64,000 bases of DNA, from assembly GCA_951406725.2 (NCBI GenBank), contig OX597815.1, positions 26,536,001-26,600,000 of the forward strand. The letters are read 5' to 3'. A model generated the notes under the pieces. The model saw only the letters and a program-made list of their open reading frames with translations. It was not told the origin of the DNA and searched no databases. Origin of the DNA: Octopus vulgaris. Lineage: Eukaryota. Position numbers and translations under genes: made by a program. Shown piece by piece: positions 39,355 through 52,965 of the stretch; position 1 is the stretch's first letter, and every line of letters begins with the position of its first letter.

Positions 39355-39730
39355 GTGTATATATATATATATACATACAAATATATATATATATGTGTGT
39401 GTGTGTGTGTATGTGTGTGTATATGTTTAACAGGAATGTTATGCGCAGCAAGTGTGCTGTAGTTGTTGTTGCATAATCCTTGAGAAATTAAGCTATTATT
39501 TGGAGAGGTTGAACTGTTACTTCTAGGAATTGAACAGTCCGAGTAGGGGATTTCTCGTTCACTCATTCGTGTGCGATTAAAGAAGTTAAATAACGTTGGG
39601 TTGCGCTCATAATCTGATTTCTGCAGCAGTTGGCATTGTGCAACACTTTCGGGAAAAGCATGCGTATCACACATTCTTATGTCTCTTTTCAAATAAATCT
39701 ATGAGTTATCTGTTCAAGAAAAAATTCTCT

Positions 39731-39753
39731 TACTACTACCACTACTACTACTG

Positions 39754-39802
<49 letters not shown>

Positions 39803-39914
39803 TACTACTACTACTACTACTACTACTTGTACTACTACTACCACCACCACCAATACCATCAGCACCACCAGCACCACCTCCACCACCACCTCCACAACCA
39901 CCTCCACCACCACC

Positions 39915-39977
<63 letters not shown>

Positions 39978-40000
39978 ACTGCTGCTGCTACTGCTACTAC
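39731..40000. repeat. Compound (TAC)n/(CAC)n/(TGC)n
   Basis: Seen directly. Confidence 0.95.
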
Positions 40001-41262
40001 AGTCCAGCTAGAAAACCTTTGAGCTTTCTCTATGAAACTATTCCTTACTTCCTTTATTACTATCATCATTATATTTACAATCATCATGATTATCCTTCTC
40101 TTCACTTCCATCAACAATATTATAGCAATCATGTTAGTAGAAAAGGCACAATTTTAATTAACCCATTTAGTGGTCTTAACAGAGAATTAGCGTTTTCAGA
40201 TGCGTATCGTGGGCATGATTCATTTTCTTGGCGACAATAGAAGACACACCTCAATGAAACGTCACGTTTCACCTTTTAAACGATTAACACATATTCCTGG
40301 CTGGGTAATCTAGTCCAGATCGAATAAAATCAAATGGTAAATAAAAATAATAATAAAATAGGGAAATGCTTTCCAAGTGATTTGGGGGAATATTTTCATA
40401 GAATGTTGTACAAGCTCTTGATAGATATTCAAGTCAATCTCACCTTTGTTATAAAAATTCGTATTAGTACGTGTAAGGAGGCACATACAGATGCAGTATA
40501 GATATAGCACAATGGTTAGGAAAAGTTCACTTCGTAATTATAAAATTTTGGATTTTATCCGACTGTGCGACACCATTAGTAAGTATCTGCCATTGTCTCG
40601 TGTCGATCCAAATTTGTGCTTAATTTAACGTAACAACAAACTGTGTGGAAGCCGGTCGAATGGACGAAAGCAATAATTCAAGCGGCCAGAGTCCTGTCAT
40701 TTGCAATGTCATACCGACGATGCTTCAGGACGAAATAAAGAAAAAAAAAATTGTCCAGGATATACTCAGCCACTTACTCTGTTATTCAGTTGAGTTGAAC
40801 GAACAAATCGAGGACTCATAATCGAAACGAATGCAAGATGCATTTAGTGATGCATGAGTTTATGTCAGCATGTGTAAATCTATGTGTGTTTAATTTTTAT
40901 GTGACATTTGTCTCTTTTTAATAAAAAATTTACAACACTCTGTTATACATAAACATTCTACTTCCTTTTAAGTTATAACTCATAGTCTTAGCAATATCTC
41001 TTCTTATAAGCTCCATATTCTTGCTCCACTGCCTTTACGTGTGTGCATGCGCCCGATGCCTGTATTTCAATTTCAATAGTTCTGTGTGCATGTATATGTT
41101 TATATGTTTAATCGAATAAGTCTGTTGTTTTTTTATTAATCATTTTAGTTCTAATTTTTATATCATTATTTGTTAGTTATTGCATTTATGCTCATAAAAC
41201 GGGAATATATATGCATGTGCATACACGCATGTTTGCGTATGAGTATGTGTGTATATACATAT

Positions 41263-41341
<79 letters not shown>

Positions 41342-42249
41342 TGTGTGTGTGTATATATATATATGTACCTGTATGTATGTATATGTATATACTTATATAT
41401 ATACATATGTGTATATATGTATATAAATACATCATATATATGCTTGCATATATGCATATATATACATATGCCTATATATATATATATATAATATATATAC
41501 ATGTATACACATGTATACACACATATATATATATGTATATGTGTGAGAGAGAGTATGTGTATGTACGCACACATATATATCCTTAATACAAGAAATTATA
41601 CGTGAGTATTGAAATGCGTTTGTTGCCATAAAAGGTAGTTACTTTCTGCACGTTGCTATAGAAATGGTTACAATGATGGATAAATTTGATGTGAACTAGG
41701 CTGATTTATTCCAAATGTCCGCCAAAAACATACCACTCGAGCTATTCTCTCTGTGAAGAAGTTGAGACAAAATGATTTCATTGTGGGTTTATTTTTTTAT
41801 GTTTCTTTTTCTTCCCTTCACCTTTATTCGTTCTTAATATTTTTTATGGTTTTATACGTTTAATATCACTAATAATTGGATATTTTATCGACTTTTTTTT
41901 TCACTGAATATATGTACTATAGTGTCTCTAATTTATTGGATTTTAATTCAAACTGAAAAGCCGGCAAAAGGTCAGTCTATAAGTTACGAGGCCAGTTACT
42001 CTATTCCAATTTATAGGTTTCATTTCCACTAGAAAATGTTGATAGTACTTTTGCGTATGGAGAAAGACATTGCTTAATAATTTCACTATAGTCTGAATAC
42101 AGTGTCGACATTTCGATTCGTACACTGAAACCATTGACGTTTTTTTTTTACTACTATTATTATTATTAACATGTGAGTGTTTAAGCATATGCATAATTTA
42201 AAATGTAAATATACATACATGTATATACATATGTATATATGTGTAAATG

Positions 42250-42480
<231 letters not shown>

Positions 42481-42869
42481 AGAGAAATAGATCTAAGGAA
42501 CAGATTTTTTTTCGGACATGTTCTATTGAAAACACGACTGTGTTCTCTCGCGTCGTCCACTCCGAACACCAAATTTGTCATTTACGTCTCGATAAGAACG
42601 AATTCATTCTTATTAGAACAGGATACGAACGTTTGCTGACGTGCGCAGATACGCGTATGTCATAAGACCCAACGACGTCATTCAGAGCCCAATCCGCTTT
42701 TTCACAGATATCACCTTGGGGAAGAATTTTCTCCCGGGACTATTTCCGCAGCAGGTCTTCTTACGTCTGGGTGTACTCGAACGACTTTACACGAATGACT
42801 TTACACGAATATATTTTGTTCAACACTGCTTCGTGCGGATTTATGAGTATAAATGTTTGTGTGTATGTT

Positions 42870-42930
<61 letters not shown>

Positions 42931-42932
42931 AT

Positions 42933-43200
42933 AATAGAATATGGAATGAATGATATTATTCATTTTAAAATCACTACAATTGTTTCGACATATTTTTACA
43001 CACGTAGTACACTGGTGAGATTTTGTGTACCCATTATCATCCATCTAAGGTGTAAAATGCACCTTCTCAGGTGATTGTTTAAATCAGGTGCATTTTTACA
43101 CCTTGAATGGTTGATAATGATTACACATTGTACTAAAGGTGTAAAGATACGTCGAAACGATTGTAGTGATTTTAAATAAAGAATGCCGAACATTCTATTG
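42933..43200. mobile_element. Fold-back/MITE-like element, inverted along its whole length
   Basis: TTTAAAATCACTACAATTGTTTCGAC vs GTCGAAACGATTGTAGTGATTTTAAA; inner AAGGTGTAAAATGCACCT vs AGGTGCATTTTTACACCTT; outer AATAGAAT vs ATTCTATT. Confidence 0.7.
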
Positions 43201-43733
43201 AGAAGTATTGTTCACAAGATACTGCAATACTAAAATAAACACGCACTACAAATTTTAAAAATTCATGTGAATGTAACTGATGGCATAAAAAGCAAACGAT
43301 CGACTCCTATATTTCACATTCCCGTGATAAACGCTACATGGACCATCATCTGTGGATAAAGTCTACATAAAATGCATTTACGAATATCACCTAGCAGTAA
43401 TACCCGACAACAATACTTGACATCTTGATAATGAAACCAAAAGAATCTAGAAACCTTGATGATGGACTTTGAAACGTTATTGTTACAAACTATCTGTAAA
43501 GGATTCATATGAAAATATGAAAAACCTAAATAAACAATATTAGATTAAACATATTAGATTAGTCGTGTTCTTATCTCAGTATGTGAGCGCGTATGCCTGA
43601 ATGTATGTATGTGTGTGCATATGTGCGTGCGTGTGCTTGCGTGTGTTAGTGCTCTAGGTATGACAGCGATAACTCTATATATTCGTAGAGTGCTGATTCA
43701 ATCGTGGATATTCGATAATCCTAATAATAATCC

Positions 43734-43787
<54 letters not shown>

Positions 43788-44111
43788 ACACACATACATA
43801 CATACATACATACATACATACATACATACATACATACATACATACATACATACATACATCAAAAGGTTCAAAGGTCTTTCCCGAGCCATGTACTCATAAA
43901 ACCGGTTTCCATAAGCTCATAAGGCTGGATTCTGGCAAAAATTAGTAATCTTGTGACGAACAGGTACATCGATCTGTCACAGATTTTAGGGCTGGTACAA
44001 CGTAAAATGAACTGCTTTACTCAAGAACACAAACGCATCGCCCGGTTCGGGAATCGAAACCACATTCTCACTATCATGAGTGCAACACTCTAACCACTAA
44101 CTCACGCTCAG

Positions 44112-44157
<46 letters not shown>

Positions 44158-46347
44158 CACACACACACACACAAACACCCACACGCATACACATACATAC
44201 ATACAAACATAATGTTACTTAGAAAATAACTTTGCATATGAAACGATGTAAACCTATATAATTGCAATTTTCTAAAATGCACAGTTATTTCATGTTTATA
44301 ATGTTAACAATTATTTTAGTTGAAATGTTATCCAGGTATACTGTAGTGCACTTCCATCTTCTTTCTAAGATTTCCTCAACTATCATATATACGTCTTCAT
44401 TTCCTTAGTTATCTTGATGCCCTCATTCCCTTCATCGCTATACTGATGCCCTCTCCATCTTCCCTAGCGTCAACCTTAGATGGAATGTCGTCTAGCTACA
44501 ACCAATGGCTTACATAGTTATTCTTTTCCGCTACTGTCGTTCTATTACATATATTGATGTCCTTGTTTATATCGAATGCCAATTTGACAGTCCGTGTTTC
44601 TCTCCTTAATGAATCTTCTACTAGTATTGTTGGACAAATGGAATCGAAGAGAGAAAAGGCGGTTGCAAGGACAATTGGAACAAATTTCCTTCTAGTGCTC
44701 TTGAGGAAAGTGACAGCCTTTATTGGGATTGTAGCATAAATTGATATTTACTGTGACAGTTTGACGGACAGGAAAGGCTGCGCTCGCTGGTGTTGTCTTC
44801 TAATCTGCATTCTAACTAATGCACACTTTCTGTACGTATGTGTGAGTATGTATGCCCATAGCTCTCTGTATAGCTTTAATTCTGCTGAAGTGCCTGGGTT
44901 CAAAACTTGTTATTGTTGAAGTTGTACTTCACTTCATTATTGTTAGTATTATTACTGTTATATTTTGCTGCAATTCCTGTCACTGTGGTTGATAATATTT
45001 GAGCAGTCGTTACTGTTTTCTTTGTTGGATCATTAATGCAATTGTTACAAATATTGTTGTTTGTACTTATTTTCCTAATCCCGTTATTGTGCCGTTCTGC
45101 TAAATGTTACTACGGTTTTCTTGTACTTTTGCTAACAGTAGATTTAACGTGAATACTTCGAAAAACATTTGCAAGGTTGCTTCAATCTTTTATCTTCCTC
45201 TAACTATGAATCTTAGTCTTCAGGCCTATATAAGAAACAATTCTTTTAATTGAAATAACAAAATATATGTAATTTCTTTCAAAACCAAAAGAAAAACAAA
45301 CCAACTTTGTCTGGCAATATTTTTAATTTGATATTTCATTTTATTTTCATATCAATATCCATTTACCTTCACTAAAGAAAAACACATCTTGACTTTATTA
45401 AGAGTACTTGTGCAATGCTTCATTATAGTATTTTTTTTTGTAGTATTAATTTTATTTTTCATTATAGAACATAAATACAACAGGAGATATTAATTTATAT
45501 GTTTTAGCCTGTTATTAAGTTATCTCTTACAATGTTAAATGCCCCCTTGATTTGCTACACAATTTCTATATCCTCAACAAATAACATATATTTTTCAATA
45601 TATTGAAAATTTTTACATTGTTTAACAAATATTTTCTTATTCTGTTTGTGGGAGTAGATGGAGCGACATAAAATACAATTCATTTTAACAACAAAAACAA
45701 AATAGAATAACAAAAATAATGGCCGTAGCAAGAGAATCGGTGTGTGGAAGTGGGGGTATGTGAAAAAATAGCAATTATTCTAGAAATTCTTTGATATACT
45801 ACAAGATACATGATTGTTAGTCACTCCAATTAGAGCGGTGAAAAGTTTTCTTTTTCATACCCATGTTTAATAAATTCGTTTACAATAGGCAGAAATATGA
45901 CAATTTAATAAGCTCTAAGAAAATTGCAAATAATATATAAAGAGAGGTATAGAATTTGGGGTCTTTACGTTTTTTAAAGAAATGCCATGATGGTAGACGG
46001 AAAGATGACTTAGGCTTGTAGCAGTTAGTAAAGGATTATTGTTATTATTGGGTCTGATTGACACCGCTAGGGATCGAAAACTATGAATAGCGAAATAGAA
46101 TTAAAATAAAAAGGTAAGAAACGCCTCAACGAATTGAAAAATGGAAAGAAAATGGATAAAATGCTTATCAATTAATATAGTCTTCGAAATTGGTTTACGA
46201 CCAATTTCATTCTTATTAAATAACATGTCTATGTGTGTGTGTGTGTGTGTATGTGTGTGTGTTTGTATGTGAAATAACATACACACAGGCACATACACAC
46301 GCGCATGTACGCACGCGCGCACACACACATACACACAAGCACACACA

Positions 46348-46604
<257 letters not shown>

Positions 46605-46851
46605 TGATAGTCTCTGAGTGCGTGCAATACACTTATCGAGACACATCATGTGTGATATGAAATGCAACTTTTTATTGTCAAAAATAATATTTTTGCGCAA
46701 AAATATAATAGCTTACACTAAAAACATATAATAGCGTATACATTAGAAGAAATTGTGCATATAACAATATTGATATTGTAATTATATATGAATATATGCG
46801 TGCGCGCGTGGATATAGATGTGTTGAAAGCAACATTTTGCAGTCAATATAA

Positions 46852-47238
46852 TCCTTTCTACTATAGGCACAAGGCCTAAAATTTGGTGGGAGTGTCGATC
46901 ACATCGACTCCAGTACTCAACTTATACTTATTTTATCGACCCCGAAAGTGATGAAAGGCAAAGTCGACATCAACGGAATTTGAACTCAGAACGTAGCGGC
47001 AGACGAAATACCTATTTCTTTACTACCCACAAGGGGCTAAACACAGAGGGGACAGACAAGGACAGACAAACGGATTAAGTTGACTATATCGACCCCAGTG
47101 CGTAACTGGTACTTATTTTATCGACCCCGAAAGGGATGAAAGGCAAAGTCGACATCGACGGAATTTGAACTCAGAACGTAGCGGCAGACGAAATACCGCT
47201 AAGCATTTTCCCTGCGTGCCAACGATTCTGCCAGCTCG
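46852..47238 (-). mobile_element. Dimeric SINE family B
   Basis: Two bodies joined by the alternative tail ...GCCCCTTGTGGGTAGTAAAGAAATA|GGTATTTCGTCTGCCG (reverse complement). Confidence 0.88.
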
Positions 47239-47459
47239 GAAGCATTTCATCTTAGGTCTAATAATGCCAAAAATAAATAAGCGTGTTTAGAGCTACGGCA
47301 CTAATCGACGGGATAAACATGGAAGAACAAACGAAACATCTCACCTAGAATGTCTCACGCACAAACACTCACTGCTACATGCCTACATGCACGCGCCCAT
47401 ACACACACACACATTGACACAAACACACACATACATAAATACATACATACATACATACA

Positions 47460-47491
<32 letters not shown>

Positions 47492-47682
47492 AACATACAT
47501 ACATACATACATACATGCAAAACTTTTCTCAAGTTTAAAATATGATGTTGAATTGTTAGTTACATTCCAACGATAGAGCATTGCATCTTTGTTAGAAGTC
47601 AAACAATTAGAAATAGTAGAGAACCTACATTCATATATACAAACATATATGCGCAAGTGCGTATATAAATATATATATACAT

Positions 47683-47773
<91 letters not shown>

Positions 47774-47775
<2 letters not shown>

Positions 47776-47804
47776 GACGAAGAGCTCCGCTCGAAACGTT
47801 AAAT
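47774..47804 (+). ncRNA. Minimal type I hammerhead ribozyme core (Penelope-associated)
   Basis: CTGACGA-A-GAGC-TCC-GCTC-GAAA-CGTT: catalytic boxes, 4-bp stem II, palindromic ACGT stem III; the 5' strand of stem I is lost to (TA)n. Confidence 0.65.
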
Positions 47805-47910
47805 CCTTCTTCTACCATTTCCTTTCCTGAGCGTCCAATATCACTATACTTGTTCCACGTCCACGCGTTGTTGTATTTTCTGTTTGATTTTTCATATTTA
47901 GATTAACTTT
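47774..47910 (+). mobile_element. Penelope-like terminal fragment in (TA)n
   Basis: Matches 31222-31362 (TTTCCTGAGCGTC.AATA.CACTATAC...TTCCACGTCCAC.CGTTGT...ATTAACTTT). Confidence 0.6.
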
Positions 47911-47919
47911 ATATATATA

Positions 47920-48190
47920 CTAACAGTATCGCCCGACGTTGCTCGGGTTTGTTTCGACCCTTTCGAATTGGAATTTTTGAAAAGTAAAAATTTTGCATTA
48001 TGTAGCTTGTTATTCTCTTTAAGTGAACATTTTTCTGGTTGAAATACACCTTCAAGGAAATGAAGAGCAAGCCTTCTTCAATCATACTCACAATTTTGGT
48101 CAACTTGCGCCGCAGGGTCTCCGAGGAGATAGTGTTAGTTGAAGGCTATCAAACCTGCCATACACAGACAACTTCAGCTTTATATATATA
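47920..48190 (-). mobile_element. Non-autonomous Helitron-like element
   Basis: Minus strand begins TATATAAAGCTGAAGTTGTCTGTGT and ends with hairpin CCCGAGCAACGTCGGG, then CGATACTG-TTAG (CTRR variant), T; no TSD. Confidence 0.65.
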
Positions 48191-48274
48191 TATATATATG
48201 CCCACATATACATTTAAGTATGTATGTATTTGCATATATATGTATATGTATATAACTATTTATAGTCACACATA

Positions 48275-48393
<119 letters not shown>

Positions 48394-48993
48394 TGATAGA
48401 TGATATATATGTCGTATAGCACGTGTATACCATATGGTGAACGCATGTATATGCATTGCATATTGCATATATATGATATAGAAAGGCACAGTTGTATTAT
48501 CGAGGAATGGGATATAAGTTATGCGCTCATAAATATAATCATATATATGAATATTCAACTTATATATACAGTAATATACAGTATATAACTTGTAATAAAT
48601 ATGGTAATGAAATACATATTATGTAAAAATAATTTTTTTATGTGTAATAAATATGAAGGTAAAACTTCATATATTAACAAAATAGTGTTTTGAATCTTAC
48701 ATGTTATAAAGATATTGTTGGAAAAAAAAAACATTAATTTGTAAAGTGTTAATTTTTTTAAAAATACAAAAAAATGGAGGTGGTTTCTACATATATTTAT
48801 ATATTATTACATAAGGGTTGGTGGCATTGTGGCGGCACGAAATTGCAATTAAGCAAAAGAAAGTGCTCAATACTGTTATGTAGATTGGAATAATATGCGA
48901 CATATTCAGACTTAGCTTTCAATAGATATTATATATAAATATATATGAATATGTTTATATACACAGGCGTACACACGCATATATATGTATTTG

Positions 48994-49056
<63 letters not shown>

Positions 49057-49602
49057 ATGTATATGTATGTATGTATTTATCTATGTACGTACTTGTGTGT
49101 TTAATAATATATGGTATATGTGTCTATGTGGGCATAGGATTATGTGACTGTGTGAATGTGTGTAAATGTATGTGATAGTGTGTGTGTGTGTGTGTGTGTC
49201 GTGTGTGAGTGTGTGAGTGTAATCTAGATTCTTTCTTTAATGAAACATAGATTAATAACATTTTAAAGAATACAGGAGATGCAAATGTTTACCGAAAACT
49301 TTGCAAATATATATTTTTTTATAAATTAGGGCCAAAAATAAACAAGGATTTCTTTAGAAAACAAAAATTTTGTAGAATATTCGCTTTAAAATATTATTTT
49401 AATTGGAAAAAAAATTAAATTTACGGATCATTTATCAGACACTAAAAATGCGCAAACAAAAGTTAATAAAATAAATTTTCTATTCGGTAAAAAGATCAAT
49501 GTGGAAATCAAACCGCTGTTAAGAGTACCAACAGTAAAGCACACGCACACATTCATATACACACTCAGATGAATAAGTAAAAATGTACATACATATTTAC
49601 AT

Positions 49603-49644
<42 letters not shown>

Positions 49645-49707
49645 AGCTGATATCAGTTCAAAGTTGATAAAAACACGCACGCACATAAGTCACAGAGATA
49701 GATAGAC

Positions 49708-49738
<31 letters not shown>

Positions 49739-49900
49739 AAGAAAAACGGAGGGGAGGGAAGGAATGGTGTGGAGTGGAGGATTGGGGAAAAGGTAAGGGT
49801 GTAGAGAAGGGAGGATAAGAAGAAGGATAGAGAGAATAAGAGAGAAAGGGCGGTAAAGAGGCAGACAAACAGAGCGGCAGATAGATATGAATATATATGA

Positions 49901-49958
<58 letters not shown>

Positions 49959-50674
49959 ATACATAAGCAGACATACATATTTATGTATAAATATATATGT
50001 GTGTGTGTGTGTGCGTGTGTGTGTGTATTCGTCTGTGTGTGTGTGTGCGTGTGTGTGTGTATTCGTGTGTGTGTGTGTGTATGTATGTGTGTGTTTGTGC
50101 GCGCGCGCGTATTTACGTATGCATATATGTATAAATATCATTAATATATTTTCACCTGATATTAATGATAAAGACGAGGGAAAGTTGTCAAATTACAGTT
50201 ACCTCAATCCCAAAAGAACGACGTTACTTGCTCATGCACTCCCATATTTATTGAAAATTATCTATCAAGCAATTGATGCATTCAAAAAATCAAAAAATGT
50301 TATGGAGAAGGTGGGGTGCTTTTCATAAAACAAATATATATGGAATTACTTTAATTGAAAATTCCATCGAAGTTGTATCTATTAAGCATGTGACTTTTAT
50401 GTTGAATAGTAAGTTGGCCTTCAAAGAATTTTGTTTATGTTGCTAATATAGATTATGGAATTTTGTTCAGTGGTTTGTAGGGTTGTTTGATGTGTTTTGT
50501 TTTTTTTATTTTGAGTCTTTTGTTGTTTGCTTCTGTATTTTGTTTTACGCACATATATACATATAAATTCGTTCTAAGCCGATGATTCGACTCCAAACTA
50601 TATCTATTGACCTCCCGTTTGTACATCCAAATGTAAATACACATACAAACACACAAATGCTAAATAGGGAACCT

Positions 50675-50850
50675 CCATGAGGTTGCATGACTTGCTAGAA
50701 ATAGCTGCCAAATCTCATTCAAATTATAGTCTACCATCTTGAGAAGACAGCAACATTGAAAAATGTAGTTAAGGATACAGTCTAAGGTTTAAATCGGGTT
50801 AGTCATAACTTGAGTGTCGTCAATAAAATATAGGTTTTTCTCAATCAGCA
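50675..50850 (+). mobile_element. Dispersed repeat family D
   Basis: GACTTGCTAGAAATAGCTGCCAAATCTC, similar to GACCTGCTAGAAATAACAG at ~16509. Confidence 0.45.
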
Positions 50851-51046
50851 AGTGAGAAAGAGTGAAATATTGAGAGAGAGAGAGAGAGATTCTCCAAGTT
50901 AGCTTGAGTAAAATATATTTTTAAGTAAACAAAACTATAAATGGAGAAACTTGGTTTGTAATAAAAAAAAATAAGTGGAAATTAATACAGAATCTCAAAA
51001 AAAAAAAGGTGAGAAACTAAGGATAAATCTTTCGAAGTAAATGTAG

Positions 51047-51200
51047 TCTTATGTGGAGCCCCCAGACGATGAAGTAGGCTAGCCCAATACGTAGATATAG
51101 AGGGAGAAGTCTAGACGTAGAGGATCCGAACGTGCGACATAACAGTGGTGACGAGGATTTCTAAGCTCCCGCAGCCACTGTGTAGTATTGCGATATAACA
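51047..51200 (+). mobile_element. Miniature LTR-retrotransposon relic with PBS
   Basis: LTR-like end CGACATAACA (51135-51144) followed by TGGTGACGAGGAT (51146-51158); second end CGATATAACA at 51200; TGTAG flanks at 51042-51046 and 51201-51205. Confidence 0.5.
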
Positions 51201-51359
51201 TGTAGAAACTCCGATTTTTGTTTGCAGGCAAGGAACACATTGAACATCTTTAGGTCTGTTAGATCTCATTCTCACAGTATAAACTAGTTAAGTTTGCTTG
51301 ATCACATGACAATGGAATCAGAGTTACTAATAATATTTGACCAGTATAATTTGTATAAA

Positions 51360-51430
51360 ATGAGCTAATGGATAGAATCCAGATGAGCTAATGGAAAGAA
51401 TCCAGATGAGCTGCTGAAACGAATTCAGAT
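51360..51430. repeat. 23-bp minisatellite, three units
   Basis: ATGAGCTAATGGATAGAATCCAG / ATGAGCTAATGGAAAGAATCCAG / ATGAGCTGCTGAAACGAATTCAG. Confidence 0.85.
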
Positions 51431-51500
51431 TAAAAGGTTATGGGTGATATATATGTGTGTATGAGTATATACGTACGCATGAATGTGTTTATGTATATAT

Positions 51501-51688
51501 GTAGGTAGGTAGGTAGGTAGGTAGGTAGGTAGGTAGGTAGGTGGGTGGGTAGGTAGGTGGGTAGGTAGGTAGGTAGGTAGGTAGGTAGGTAGGTAGGTAG
51601 ATAGGTAGGTAGGTAGGTAGGTAGGTAGGTAGGCAGGCAAACAGACAGACAGTCAGGCAGGTAGACAGGCTGGCAGACAGACAGACAA

Positions 51689-51782
<94 letters not shown>
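51501..51782. repeat. Compound (AGGT)n-(AGAC)n-(AGAT)n
   Basis: Seen directly; similar tract at 60285-60487. Confidence 0.95.
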
Positions 51783-52739
51783 GTGATTTATATTTAATAA
51801 AGACGTCATATGCGAGCGAGTATAGCTTCACAAACATTTAACATATTTTCTACTGCCTATCCGCCCTGGTAGGTACTCTCTGGACTCTTCCATCCTTGAC
51901 CCAGCGACGTATTCAAGACATGAAAGTTGAAGAGAGAGAGAGAGAGAGCTACATCAGTACTTGCCCGGTCCTCATTTTTGGCTGTGTAGGCCGGAGTAGC
52001 CTGAAGTGAAGTGTCTTGCTCAAGAACACAATGCATCCAGTTGAACTCACGATATTATGATCACAAGCCTAATACCGAAACCACTACAGCACGCACCATC
52101 ACATATTATTTAGATGCATATATTTACACACACTCACACACACGCACACACACGCACACATACACACGCACTCACACACATATATATACATATATATTTT
52201 TCTTCTATATATTATGTGTATGTGTGAGCGTTTATGTAAAGTGGAGGCTGTGCGTATATATTTAGTGTATTGTTGAAGAATGCAATGAATTACGATCATT
52301 ATAAAATATTACAAACCTAATTAAGACACACATTTTGCTAGGGTATTGTCCAATTTGATATTAACCAACTTCTAATATTCGTTATAACAGTATTCCAATA
52401 CATTCTCATAACTTCTCCCAAATTTCTCAAAACTCTCCCATTTCGTTGAGTTTCGTTCCCTCCTGTATTGGATTCATTTCATAACTTATTGATATTAGAT
52501 TCTTGAGATACATATCGTCATCTTGTTTGCTTCTTGTTCTTTCCTAAATAAACATAATTATAACTAACCATGTTAATCCTGTGTGTCTTCAAAAGATTTT
52601 TATTTAAATCGTATGTCCTATGAAGCATTGGTTAGTCGAGAAATCGATAGAAATGAGGTATAAATGGCAAATGCCAAAACTTTTTGTCATCACAAAATGA
52701 GATGAAGAATGCAGAGTGTAGCAAAGGACATCATTGCTG

Positions 52740-52965
52740 CCTTTTGATCTTGCATAATGGTTTTCGACTGCAGACCTTTCCTCTTCCGCTTTAAGGAATT
52801 GCTGTTGGTACGGAAGATGCCTACTTCCCGTGGTGCCAATGTAGTCTTTGATCGTTCATTGAACAACTGCTGCACATGAAAAGCTACAAACTATTTTCTT
52901 GCTTCTGAATATGGTTACATTCAATAGTGTCCACAATATTTTCTTGAAAGCAGGTTTTAAACTTG
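52740..52965 (-). pseudogene. Penelope-like GIY-YIG endonuclease remnant
   Basis: With frameshifts: LKPAFKKIL...KIVCSFSC/CSSC...DYIGTTG...ERSAVENH, matching GxVYxIxCxxC..YIGxT..SAxxxH. Confidence 0.45.

Noticed and set aside
39596-40240. 214-aa Y/H/C-rich ORF
   Set aside because: (TAC)/(CAC)/(TGC) microsatellite translation.
51360-51430. CRISPR-like or hammerhead-like repeats (CAGATGAG...GAAAC)
   Set aside because: No spacers or cas genes; core reads CAGA not CTGA and no stem II; a simple minisatellite.
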